Virus record (IMG/VR): IMGVR_UViG_3300015370_000014
Span: 7,016-71,015 of that record
From: a virus
Taxonomy: Duplodnaviria > Caudoviricetes
Strand: one strand, 5' to 3'
DNA: 64,000 nucleotides
A model generated the notes under the pieces. It saw nothing but the letters and a program-made list of their open reading frames with translations, was not told the origin of the DNA and did no database searches. Positions 54,771 to 64,000 of the stretch are shown here, piece after piece (within the stretch, counting starts at the first letter, position 1; every line of letters starts with the position of its first letter). The position numbers and the translations under genes are program-made.

Positions 54771-57023
54771 ATGTCACTATTTAGACCCGGTAAAGTTAGC
54801 TATGTGGACCTTGGGGTATCCTTGAGTAACTACGAGGGCGTTACCGGTGAGGTCCACAGATTCTTACATACAGGCAGTCAGTTTGTTTTGGCGGAGTATG
54901 ATTCTTCTACCGAGACAACAGAGCTAAATTACTGGGATAGTGACGGAGGCGAGGCAGTTAGTCGTCTTATGGAAAACACACGCATTCTGGACCTAGTCTA
55001 CGACGCCGCTGACGAGCGCTACTACGTGCTTCGGTGGAACGAGTCTCCTGGCTATACAGGCTCTGCCGCGTTGGAGTGGGGTGGGGACACTGTTTTTTAT
55101 GACGATTTTTCGCGGGGGTCCATTTATGATACCGGGAAACCTCTTACCTCTCTCTGGTATATTTCAGCTCCGCGGTGGGGTATTTATTCGTCCCACGAAC
55201 AAACCCCTTCTGAAGAAACTATCGTAGCCGATACAGTTTCGTGGTCCCTCTTTTCTAGGAATGAAGCTACTGAGAGGTTGGAGTACACAAGTAGCGTTGG
55301 AAGGGGTACCCTGTCGACAACCGCTGCTATCACAGGTGCTTTTCAGGCTTGGGGCACGTTTTATATGACAAAATACCTCGGTGCAGGCTCGGTTTTTTCG
55401 ATGAGGCTAGTAGACAGGTCTTACGTCTTGGGAAGTACCGACGGGAATAACCTGGTAGCTCAGGCAAGCTTCCGGGGTTCTTATAATGCTGCTGATTTCC
55501 CTACCGCGTCTGGTACGTGGGAGTCTGCTAGCGTGTATCTTTACAATGATAGTACGGGGGGCGCTTGGAGTATTACTAACCTTAGACTCAGAGAGCGTGA
55601 GCTTGATGATGTTAATTATGCCCTTAGCTATGGTTCATACGTTTATTTTGTGGTTACTTTCTACCAATACAGCGCAGCGGATGATACAAACTACTTTCGT
55701 GTAGAAACCTCAGGGGGTACTCCTCTAGGGTATGGAGTTATTAGTAACACGAAAAAGGCTTTCGATTTTGTTGACGGTCCTCTTGGTTTTACTTTGGCAG
55801 CAGACCCCTCTGGTGACGTAGGGAACATTGCTGGCACTGGGATTCAAATCTACGTTAGAATTGACAATACTGTGGAAGCGGGTGCCGCAACCCTACTGAC
55901 AGCTTCTGGTACTTCTGGGTTTAAGATGGGCGTGGGTGTTGTTGGTACAGACGCGACTACACGTAGGGACATTGATGGGGAGGACCCCACAGAGACGTGG
56001 CAGAGTATAAATACCTATATGCTGTACCCTTCCGCAGCCCGCCCTATGGGGGTGGAGTTGTATGGGGATTGTTCAGGCGCTCCTGGTAGTCCTGATTTAA
56101 GTATAGACAATTTTGAGATGACTTCGTCTGGCACTGTCGCCTGGCCCAGTATACCTTCTTTGCGGATGGAGACCTACGACGCTACCGGCGCAATTAACCC
56201 AATCACAGACCTTACTGATGAGTTTGGGGCTGCGATAGGTGTATTCGACGTAATTAACCTGAGCTCTTCTGGTATTGGGGGGTACATAAATTTCAAGGCC
56301 AACGGAGGCTTTGCCTCTATAACAACAGACCAACTGACTGAAGCAGGTGGCGGGTCTGTCTATGTAGCCCTTAAAAGATATCAATCCGATGTGCCGAGGG
56401 TGCTTCGCTACCGTAAAGAAGACTTCCCACTGGGAGGGTTAGAGACAGGGGCTAACGCGCTTGCCGTTTATTCTGGTACCTTACAGTTTTCCCCACTGTA
56501 TAAGTATAATACGCTTTTTTATCCAGGCCACACGAATACGGAACTAGCTTACGCCACCGAAAACCCCGCAGATATGGGCCGCGGGATTTTTATACACACA
56601 CTCGACGGTACACTCCTAAGTGGTACTAATCCGCGAAAGGTTGCTTGGGCGCAGTCCTCTGACTATCTCGCGTGGAACATAACGGACACCACCGCATTGT
56701 ATGGCGTAACACTTACTGGGACGGAGGCGGGGTCAGTTAAGTTGTATAATATGTCTCCTACTACCGCAGCTTTTTGCAGTGTCGCTTCCGATACCAGGAT
56801 GCTGGCTGCGGGCTCCGCAGCTACTTCTCTTGTGCGCGCACAGGTAATGAATATTTACGGTGAGCCTCTCTCTGGTAAAACAGTGGGTTTTACTGTCACC
56901 CTGGGGGATGGAGCGCTTTCTCCTGCGTCCGCACTTACTAACGCTAGTGGTGAGGCTTTTTCTACATACACAGTTGGCACCTCCGTAAATACGTCTACGA
57001 TAACCGCAGCGGTTAGTATCTAG
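54771..57023 (+). CDS. Large tail appendage protein with a C-terminal Big_1 domain; paralog of 57033
   Basis: N-terminal RF..TGSQFVLAEYD....ELNYW..DG shared with the next gene; C-terminal V.AQV.N.YG.PL.GKTV.F.V..GDG..SP. Confidence 0.7.
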   Translation: MSLFRPGKVSYVDLGVSLSNYEGVTGEVHRFLHTGSQFVLAEYDSSTETTELNYWDSDGGEAVSRLMENTRILDLVYDAADERYYVLRWNESPGYTGSAALEWGGDTVFYDDFSRGSIYDTGKPLTSLWYISAPRWGIYSSHEQTPSEETIVADTVSWSLFSRNEATERLEYTSSVGRGTLSTTAAITGAFQAWGTFYMTKYLGAGSVFSMRLVDRSYVLGSTDGNNLVAQASFRGSYNAADFPTASGTWESASVYLYNDSTGGAWSITNLRLRERELDDVNYALSYGSYVYFVVTFYQYSAADDTNYFRVETSGGTPLGYGVISNTKKAFDFVDGPLGFTLAADPSGDVGNIAGTGIQIYVRIDNTVEAGAATLLTASGTSGFKMGVGVVGTDATTRRDIDGEDPTETWQSINTYMLYPSAARPMGVELYGDCSGAPGSPDLSIDNFEMTSSGTVAWPSIPSLRMETYDATGAINPITDLTDEFGAAIGVFDVINLSSSGIGGYINFKANGGFASITTDQLTEAGGGSVYVALKRYQSDVPRVLRYRKEDFPLGGLETGANALAVYSGTLQFSPLYKYNTLFYPGHTNTELAYATENPADMGRGIFIHTLDGTLLSGTNPRKVAWAQSSDYLAWNITDTTALYGVTLTGTEAGSVKLYNMSPTTAAFCSVASDTRMLAAGSAATSLVRAQVMNIYGEPLSGKTVGFTVTLGDGALSPASALTNASGEAFSTYTVGTSVNTSTITAAVSI

Positions 57024-57032
57024 GAACTTATT

Positions 57033-59477
57033 ATGACGACTATGCAGCCAGGGCAAATAGCCAAAAGTTATACAGGAGTTCAGCTCAGCGGCGAGAACGA
57101 CGTACCTGTTGTGAGCACTACTACTACCAGTGGTTACAGGTTTATGTATAACGGTAGCCAATTCTGTTTGGCAGAGTATGACCGCAGTAGGAATCGGAGT
57201 GAGCTAAATCTCTGGAATAATGACGGGACTGCGGTATCTAATGTCTCTCTAAATAGAGATTATGTATTGGATGTCACCTATGATTCCACGGAAGAGTCTT
57301 ATTATGCGATAAGGTGGGTGGGGGACCAGCTTGCGACTGGGTTTACATTTTCAGAGCAAACCGAGGGGGGTGTAGAATCTGCTGCTGGCCTGCTAGTTGA
57401 CGACTTTTCGGCAGCAGCTGCGTGGCAGGCTTCCTCGATTCCGTACATCCAAGTTATAAACGGGGTGTCTTTTCGGCGGGATAAGCCCGTGTACGTTGCT
57501 AGAGAGAAGCGTAGGTGGGTGGATTATGCTGAAAACTACTACACAGGGTCGGTAGCTTCTGCGGGCGTTCTGTGGGGTAATACTGCGTCATACGTAGTAA
57601 GTACGCCGTCGTCTAACGCTACTAACTTGTTAAATGTAGACACAGAAAATTCTCAATTGACTTATTTTACCAAAGAAGCTCCTGCTATAATGACGGTAGA
57701 CGTGACTTTTAGTGGGGACCTGCTCACTTATATTGACTTAGATGTTACTTCTCTTGAGGCCGACTGTATATTTGGTTTGAGAGTACTAGGGGATATTGCT
57801 AATACCAAGGGGTCTTTTAACCAGTTAGGGTCTATATGCTACAGAGGGGACGACAGTTCTCCTTACGTACAGGCTTGGACCGTTCTCTACGATAGTGATT
57901 CCAGTAGCGATGCCTGGGGTATTTGTAACACACGAATTAGCGAGGTTTATCTAACTACTAGTGCGGGAGGCGCCTCAAGCATTGCTAGCGGTACGACAGA
58001 GACCTACAAGATAGCAATTAACGCATACAACTATCTTACGGAAACCTCAGAGTACCTAGGCTCACTTGTAGTTAAGGAGCACGCTCTTGAGTTTACAGTC
58101 GTAGACTCCGCAGAGTATTCTTACGGTAAGGGAATTATTGGCACAAATGTCAGTCTCGATACTGTAGACTACTCTGAGGGAGAATGGTGCTACGGGGATA
58201 TGCATAGGTCCTTTAGTTGGGTCGGTGAAGCCGCCCAGGTTTTGAATTTTGATGCTGCGGTTGGGTTTGAGTTTGACCCCAACACAGGTGCTTTAGTAAA
58301 CCCGGTTAACAGCGGTGTTCTTCATAGTTCTATTGATGTTACGGTTGGTCTGCTACAGGAGGCCGCAGGGGTCGATAATGGCAAGGTCAGGCTGGCTATT
58401 CGCAGGGAAGGGTCCGTACTGACATTTCTGAAGAGGGATAACACAGTTGCCGGCGGCGCTTACACAGAAGTACACTCCTTTGATAGTGGGTATACAGGTG
58501 AGTTAAAGTTTGAGTTCATAGCGGATGCAACCCTGTCTGTGGCTCCTCCCGATGTAGTATGCACAGGGATTGTCGTGCGGGGCCTTTTTCCGTCCGAGCA
58601 GCCAACACCTTATGTTATTCCAGCAGCGCTTTGGCATCACTCGCTTTTAGCTCTCGAAGTATTTGATATAGATGGTACCGAAGATGACACAGCTGTTACG
58701 GCGGGGGACGGTGGGCGTGTTATTTCTTTGTTAGACCTTATTCAGGAGGGGGTAGATTTTGGAGGTAGCTTCGAATCTGTGTATGGTTCTGTGCAGATTT
58801 GTACTAACCACGGAATAGGTTCGGCTGGCGAAATATTCATTGCTATAGGTCAGGACGTCTATAAGTACTTGAAGAGCGTCTTGCCCATCGCTGATTTAGA
58901 GACAGGTGCGTTGGCGTCTGTTTCAAGTATAGACGCGTTGGATGCGACTGTCCGTAGCAATACACTTTGTTGGAATGGTCACACACAGGCGGGGCTGGTA
59001 TATATTGCGGGGAACACAGCCGACCCGGGTGAGGGGCTTTTTGTCAACTGTTTGAGGCACACTACAGCTACTGCTAATTCGCCTCTTAAGTTTAGCTGGA
59101 TTGAGAGTTCTGACACCACATTTGATTTTTATGGGACAGACCCACGTAATCCGTCGGTTCTGTATGGTTACTCTACTTCTGACCGAAAGGTCTATATGTA
59201 CAATCTGGGGGAGACGGTTTCCGCGTTTTGTAACGTGGTTAGTGTGAAGCAGATATTGGGTGCGAATACGTCGGAGACCTCTGTAATAACCGCGCAGGTG
59301 CTGAGTGCTTTTGGGGACCCCCTTATGGGCAAAACGGTTAACTTCTCCGTCTCATCAGGGGATGGGGCTGTCTCACCCTCTTCCGACGCTACAGACGCCT
59401 TTGGGGAAGCATCCACTACGTATACTGTTGGGGCTACTGTTGGTACATCTACAGTGAGAGCTACTGTAGCAGATTAG
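57033..59477 (+). CDS. Large tail appendage protein with a C-terminal Big_1 domain; paralog of 54771
   Basis: RF.YNGSQFCLAEYD....ELNLW..DG; C-terminal ITAQV...FG.PL.GKTVNF.V..GDG.VSP...TDAFG. Confidence 0.7.
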   Translation: MTTMQPGQIAKSYTGVQLSGENDVPVVSTTTTSGYRFMYNGSQFCLAEYDRSRNRSELNLWNNDGTAVSNVSLNRDYVLDVTYDSTEESYYAIRWVGDQLATGFTFSEQTEGGVESAAGLLVDDFSAAAAWQASSIPYIQVINGVSFRRDKPVYVAREKRRWVDYAENYYTGSVASAGVLWGNTASYVVSTPSSNATNLLNVDTENSQLTYFTKEAPAIMTVDVTFSGDLLTYIDLDVTSLEADCIFGLRVLGDIANTKGSFNQLGSICYRGDDSSPYVQAWTVLYDSDSSSDAWGICNTRISEVYLTTSAGGASSIASGTTETYKIAINAYNYLTETSEYLGSLVVKEHALEFTVVDSAEYSYGKGIIGTNVSLDTVDYSEGEWCYGDMHRSFSWVGEAAQVLNFDAAVGFEFDPNTGALVNPVNSGVLHSSIDVTVGLLQEAAGVDNGKVRLAIRREGSVLTFLKRDNTVAGGAYTEVHSFDSGYTGELKFEFIADATLSVAPPDVVCTGIVVRGLFPSEQPTPYVIPAALWHHSLLALEVFDIDGTEDDTAVTAGDGGRVISLLDLIQEGVDFGGSFESVYGSVQICTNHGIGSAGEIFIAIGQDVYKYLKSVLPIADLETGALASVSSIDALDATVRSNTLCWNGHTQAGLVYIAGNTADPGEGLFVNCLRHTTATANSPLKFSWIESSDTTFDFYGTDPRNPSVLYGYSTSDRKVYMYNLGETVSAFCNVVSVKQILGANTSETSVITAQVLSAFGDPLMGKTVNFSVSSGDGAVSPSSDATDAFGEASTTYTVGATVGTSTVRATVAD

Positions 59478-59488
59478 TGAGTTGATAT

Positions 59489-61633
59489 ATGCCTACCCTA
59501 TCGGGTACTACCACAATAGGTTCATACAGTCCTCGAATATGCAAGTATAGCAGCGGTTTCGAGGTATGTTCTTTAGGGTATAAACTTAACTACCCGGGGC
59601 TATGTTTTTCACAATCTTTAGGCAAAATAAGTTCTACTGGGTTCGAGCCTGAGTATCCCGTTTGTTTAGTGGATTATGTAAGTAAGTTGGATGCTACGTC
59701 GGTTTCCCACGCTGTAGGTACTCCTATCGCTATTTCATTTGTTTCGCTTACTGACCCCCGGTTTTCTGTTGTTGCCGGGGAAATCCCTATAAACGCAGCA
59801 GTGCAGTTTCTTAGTTCAACGGCTAAGACTGTGCAGATTGACCCCTCGTTTTTTGCATCGGCCCAGGTTCTTGCTATTCCTACTTCAGTCTCCACCACAA
59901 TAGTTCAGCAAGACGTTGTAGGGGGTACCTCCTCTTCGTTCAAAATGTTTCAAGCGGGGAAGAACATAATCCCCCACTTGATGGCTCGTACGTCTGAGTA
60001 TTGGGTTGTAGATACGTATGCTGACGCCAAGGTCCTTAAAGAATGGCCTGAGAAAGTAGGATTGGCGCAAGTTTTGAGTATTACAAAGGTTAGCGGTTCT
60101 TCTTATATTAACAGTACGACTTTGGCTAGTGGCGTAGGTGTTTACAAAGCCCTAACCGGGGATTTCCAGTTGCCCTCAGGGTTTACCTTAGCTTCGGGGG
60201 AGGTGGCTGATAACCCAGTTAGTGTGTGTGCTGACGACCTTACTCCCCCAGTTGTGGGTAGTACAGTCCCCCTCAGGGGGTCCATACTAAACGCGGCTGA
60301 CTCCTATATCGAATTTACAGTAGCAGATGGCGTTGGCGGCGTGGATTTAACCACTTTGGAGGTTTCCGTTTCCGGGGATATAACCTCCCAGCCCGAAGGT
60401 ACCTTGGTTGTATCCGGGGGCGTTGACCAGACAGGCGGGCACGTTTTGATTCAGGGGGACTCGGTGCTATACCTTATTAGGTACACTCCGACTCTTTCTT
60501 GGGGGTACAACGAGACGATTACAGTGGATGTCGCTGGGGACGACCTCGAGCCCCAGAAGGACGGGGTTGATTGGACGTGCTCAACCCCCGGAGTAGTAAA
60601 TAGTTTTTCCGATTCTTATACAGTAAAAATACAGAACTATAGCTCACTGGGTGCTGAAATTGTGGGCCTCCCAGATTCTGAGCCCCCCGACGTTTACTTT
60701 GAATCCCCCACCAGGTCGTCTATCGACGTTGTAGCAGAGATTCCTATCAGTTTTTATTTGCTGGACTATATCTCTGGTGTGGTAGTTTCATCGATTAACG
60801 TGACGGTCAATAGTACCGCTGTGATTGTTGCGGGGGCCATAGCAGTTTCGGGAGCCAGTATAAGCCCCGTCGCGGACGGGTACTACATAGCATATATACC
60901 AACTGACCCCTTTGAGTATGGTACTACGGTGACTGTTGGGGTACAGGCAGTAGACGGGTCTCCTGCCAGTAATGCTGCGAACGTAAGTTATTCGTTTGAC
61001 ATTGTATCTGGCGAAACCCTGGTGATAGAGAATTTTAGTCCGGCGCCAAACACCTCTTATATGGCAGCCACCAAAGACTTATCCGTAGATGTATATGACA
61101 ATACGTTTGGCATAGGAGACACCTATTTTCTGATAAACGGTGTGGTAGCAAGTGGTACTCGAACACCACTTGGGCTCGCTGGATATACAATCACATACCA
61201 CCCAGAAGACGATTTTGACGTACAGGGTACTTTGCGAGTTGGTGTATATGCCAGAAATGATAATACCACCTCCCCTGTTATTAAGACCGTAATCTATAAC
61301 CTGTACCACGGGTATAGGGTGATAGATTCTAACTATGAGGCCCCCAGGGGGAAAGAGCACTTGTATATCGCTGCACGTGCTACTAACACGGAGACTTTTG
61401 TAAATAGGTTATCCACGGTATACCGGGTGTCTCTCTATGAGCAGCCTACGAGTGATTTCGGAGCTTCTATTACTGCGGTCGTTCCTTGGAAGGATATGGC
61501 GGCCACTATGTCAGTGATTTCTCCAACGCACTCATATGGGGAAACAATAGACGTAGAGGTTTATATAGAAGATAAAGACGGGAATAGTTTTGGCCCTTTT
61601 ACGTTTTACTACACAATAGTGGGTGCGCCCTAA
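59489..61633 (+). CDS. Virion protein with multiple Big_5-like Ig domains
   Basis: PPVV....P...IEF.V.D..GGVD..TL.V.V and PPDV....P...ISF.LLD..SGV..SSI.V.VN repeats. Confidence 0.7.
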   Translation: MPTLSGTTTIGSYSPRICKYSSGFEVCSLGYKLNYPGLCFSQSLGKISSTGFEPEYPVCLVDYVSKLDATSVSHAVGTPIAISFVSLTDPRFSVVAGEIPINAAVQFLSSTAKTVQIDPSFFASAQVLAIPTSVSTTIVQQDVVGGTSSSFKMFQAGKNIIPHLMARTSEYWVVDTYADAKVLKEWPEKVGLAQVLSITKVSGSSYINSTTLASGVGVYKALTGDFQLPSGFTLASGEVADNPVSVCADDLTPPVVGSTVPLRGSILNAADSYIEFTVADGVGGVDLTTLEVSVSGDITSQPEGTLVVSGGVDQTGGHVLIQGDSVLYLIRYTPTLSWGYNETITVDVAGDDLEPQKDGVDWTCSTPGVVNSFSDSYTVKIQNYSSLGAEIVGLPDSEPPDVYFESPTRSSIDVVAEIPISFYLLDYISGVVVSSINVTVNSTAVIVAGAIAVSGASISPVADGYYIAYIPTDPFEYGTTVTVGVQAVDGSPASNAANVSYSFDIVSGETLVIENFSPAPNTSYMAATKDLSVDVYDNTFGIGDTYFLINGVVASGTRTPLGLAGYTITYHPEDDFDVQGTLRVGVYARNDNTTSPVIKTVIYNLYHGYRVIDSNYEAPRGKEHLYIAARATNTETFVNRLSTVYRVSLYEQPTSDFGASITAVVPWKDMAATMSVISPTHSYGETIDVEVYIEDKDGNSFGPFTFYYTIVGAP

Positions 61634-61654
61634 GGGCGTTCGGGTAGTAAAATC

Positions 61655-62614
61655 GTGTGTAAGGTTAAGGTAACGTTGTTTGAACTGTACCCTAGTATGA
61701 GGGCTGAGTGGTTATACGAGAAAAATTTGGTGTTAGGTGTACTACCAGAAATGGTTACTAGTGGGTCTCATAAACGTGTTTGGTGGCGGTGTGCCGCAGG
61801 GCACGAATGGGAAGCAGTGGTGTACTGTAGGACGAGTGGTAACGGGTGTCCTTATTGCTCTGGGAGAAGGGCCCTTCCCCATAATTGTCTCGCCACAGTT
61901 AATCCGAAGTTGGCCGCGGAATGGCACCCCGAGAAAAATCTAACCTCTGGACTGACGCCTGAAATAGTAACTACGCGGTCAGATAGGAAGGTCTGGTGGA
62001 GATGTTCTTCTGGACACGAGTGGCAGGCTATTATAAAGAATCGCACTAATAAGGATGGTTGTACTATATGTTCTGGGAAGACTGCGTGTTATGAAACGTG
62101 TCTATCAACTACTCACCCAGATTTATCTAAGCAGTGGCACCCAGCAAAAAATATGTTAACACCAGAGGGTGTTGTAGCGGGTTCTAACAAGAAAGTCTGG
62201 TGGCTTTGTGATAAGGGACACGAGTGGTGTGCAACTATACATAATAGGTCTGCGGGTAGCGGGTGCCCTCATTGTTCCGGAGGCGCCATTTCGAAAATAT
62301 CACAAGCTTGGCTCGATTCTCTTGGAATTCCAGCGGAATTTCGGGAGTACCCGATAAAGCTCTCTGGCAGAAAGCACACTATTAGGGTTGACGGGTTCGA
62401 CCCTACCACAAACACCGCCTATGAATTTCTCGGGAACTATTGGCACGGCAACCCCGAAGTGTTTGACCCAGAGGGGGTCAACCCCCGCACATCCGAAAAG
62501 TACGGGGTTTTGTATCGGAGGACGCTGCGTCGTTTGGAACTGCTCAAGAAAGCAGGTTATACCGTTGTTTTTATTTGGGAGAGGGACTTTAAGATAAATA
62601 GTTCGAACTATTAG
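61655..62614 (+). CDS. Zinc-ribbon repeat (3 repeats) Vsr/EDxHD-like putative homing endonuclease
   Basis: Three DUF4379-like repeats, then VDGFDPTTNTAYEFLGNYWHGNP...IWERD. Confidence 0.8.
   Translation: MCKVKVTLFELYPSMRAEWLYEKNLVLGVLPEMVTSGSHKRVWWRCAAGHEWEAVVYCRTSGNGCPYCSGRRALPHNCLATVNPKLAAEWHPEKNLTSGLTPEIVTTRSDRKVWWRCSSGHEWQAIIKNRTNKDGCTICSGKTACYETCLSTTHPDLSKQWHPAKNMLTPEGVVAGSNKKVWWLCDKGHEWCATIHNRSAGSGCPHCSGGAISKISQAWLDSLGIPAEFREYPIKLSGRKHTIRVDGFDPTTNTAYEFLGNYWHGNPEVFDPEGVNPRTSEKYGVLYRRTLRRLELLKKAGYTVVFIWERDFKINSSNY
62386..62582 (+). repeat. 197-bp direct repeat, copy 2 (copy 1 at 27795-27991)
   Basis: 195/197 identical to copy 1 by manual alignment. Confidence 0.9.
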
Positions 62615-62624
62615 GAGAATAGAT

Positions 62625-64000
62625 ATGACAGCCGTGTCTCGATGGGTTCGTTATCCGATTGCTGCTACTACTTATATTTCAACGACAAATGTTGGTACTC
62701 CCGGTGTTTCCAAGGGCACCGCCAATACTAGCGACAGCTTTACTATCCCGGGCAGCAGTGCTAACCAGTTGAAAGTGAATATCGATGGCGCGGGCTCACC
62801 CGCGCCCTATCAACTTACGCTGTCTTCAGGTACGACCCTCGACCCTCGTTTTGTTGCGCGGGATATACAAAGGAAGCTCCAAGCGTACTCCAGTGTTAAT
62901 AATGGGTTCAAACACTGTCAAGTGTCTTTTATTAACGAGGGGAGTAGCAGCGGGTATGGGCAGTTTGTAATTAAGTCAGGTACCTCCGGGGTAACTTCCG
63001 CAGTTACTGTGACTGACGGCGATAGTACCGTACTTACTACCCTTGGAATGAACTCTCTAAGTGAGGTTGCTGGGAATGCTTATCACAAAGGTACTTCGAC
63101 AGCGAACAGCGCCTACGCTGGAACTGTCACTACCAGCGGTACCTACCAGGGGGCTTTTGATGACGCTTACAGGGTAGTAGCTTCGAGCGCGCTTCTGCTC
63201 GGTACCCCTGCTTTCGGTGGGGGCAATACGTACGGTGTGGCAAACGCAGGGGCGTGTTCCGTAGGTGGGGATTGGAACTACGATAATGACAACACTTATG
63301 TGATTACTATCGATACCACGAACGGGTCTACTATGGGTGGTGGTACCGGAAATGTACCCACATTTACTGTTGCTATGTCTGCGGGGTCTGGTGATACCGT
63401 AGCTACAGCGCAGGAGCTTCTATTCGCGAATACATGGTACACCATTGGTGTTCGTGGGTTGCGGATTAAACTTACTGACTACCCGTTTGGTAGCGGGGAC
63501 ACAATTACGGTTGCTTGTACAGCGGCTACAGTTGTTGATGGGTCCAATCCTACAGGCGCCATCGCGGTGGCTAAGGTGGTTTGGGATTCATGGCGTGGCG
63601 ACAACGCCACCGCAGCGTCTCTTACATCTGCTACTCCAATTGATATAGGTACCAAGGGGGTGACGATGGCTTGGACTGCTGGTACCCTTACCGCTAAGGA
63701 TGAGTGGAAGGTTTATTGTAGAGCCCCCCACCCAGAAGCATACGGCGTGACGAGTATGGATTATGGTAATGTTACTGTAACGACAAACAGCGCTGTGAAG
63801 TGCCATCAGTTCGAGATAATGAGCGGTGCTGTAGATATGAGCAGTGTTAAGTTTTCTTTGCAAAGTCATGGGTCTTTTTCGCATCACGGCGGTGGGGATA
63901 ACGATACCTACTTCCACTTTGGTACGGCGGGCGCGGGAACACGTGGTGATGGCGGCGGCGGCGCGGGAACTGGCCCTGAATGGCCTGGCGCTGCTGTGAC
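62625..64000 (+). CDS. Large Thr/Gly/Ser-rich virion protein, 3'-truncated by the window end
   Basis: AGGAG then ATG 62625 (MTAVSRWVRYPIAATT...); the frame stays open to nt 64000 by my translation; contains FTIPGSSANQLKVNID, like ORF 49333. Confidence 0.85.
   Translation, partial: MTAVSRWVRYPIAATTYISTTNVGTPGVSKGTANTSDSFTIPGSSANQLKVNIDGAGSPAPYQLTLSSGTTLDPRFVARDIQRKLQAYSSVNNGFKHCQVSFINEGSSSGYGQFVIKSGTSGVTSAVTVTDGDSTVLTTLGMNSLSEVAGNAYHKGTSTANSAYAGTVTTSGTYQGAFDDAYRVVASSALLLGTPAFGGGNTYGVANAGACSVGGDWNYDNDNTYVITIDTTNGSTMGGGTGNVPTFTVAMSAGSGDTVATAQELLFANTWYTIGVRGLRIKLTDYPFGSGDTITVACTAATVVDGSNPTGAIAVAKVVWDSWRGDNATAASLTSATPIDIGTKGVTMAWTAGTLTAKDEWKVYCRAPHPEAYGVTSMDYGNVTVTTNSAVKCHQFEIMSGAVDMSSVKFSLQSHGSFSHHGGGDNDTYFHFGTAGAGTRGDGGGGAGTGPEWPGAAV

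Noticed and set aside
1-64000. CRISPR array or tRNA genes
   Set aside because: No evenly spaced repeat-spacer units; intergenic gaps are at most ~230 bp and I saw no cloverleaf with T-loop and acceptor stem. tRNAscan-SE was not run.
1-64000. Stop-codon reassignment (alternative genetic code)
   Set aside because: Standard-code ORFs tile the window densely, and TAA, TAG and TGA all end genes that are followed by clear RBS/start sites.

Overview
A 64-kb segment of a large tailed (jumbo-type) bacteriophage genome. Genes are tightly packed, all on the + strand, in the standard genetic code. Strong AGGAGG ribosome-binding sites, a bacterial-type NusG, a cold-shock protein and lipobox signal peptides point to a bacterial, probably diderm, host that I cannot name. 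Order: an accessory block (3' end of a methionine aminopeptidase, membrane coiled-coil protein, actin-like ATPase, lipoprotein proteases, CSP, dNMP kinase, NusG paralog), then packaging and head genes (TerS candidate, intein-split TerL, portal, prohead protease, scaffold, decoration protein, major capsid protein), neck genes, an internally duplicated tail tube protein, two chaperones, a 3903-aa tape measure protein, hub and tip genes, and an 11-kb array of Ig-domain proteins. The last ORF runs off the window end. About 9.3 kb (~15%) is selfish nuclease DNA: four zinc-ribbon-repeat Vsr/EDxHD-like nucleases with variable repeat arrays and signs of module exchange, two Vsr-like nucleases fused to a Mom/GNAT-like domain whose RBSs can be sequestered by hairpins, and a degenerate LAGLIDADG intein. 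All family assignments come from reading motifs by eye; no searches were run.
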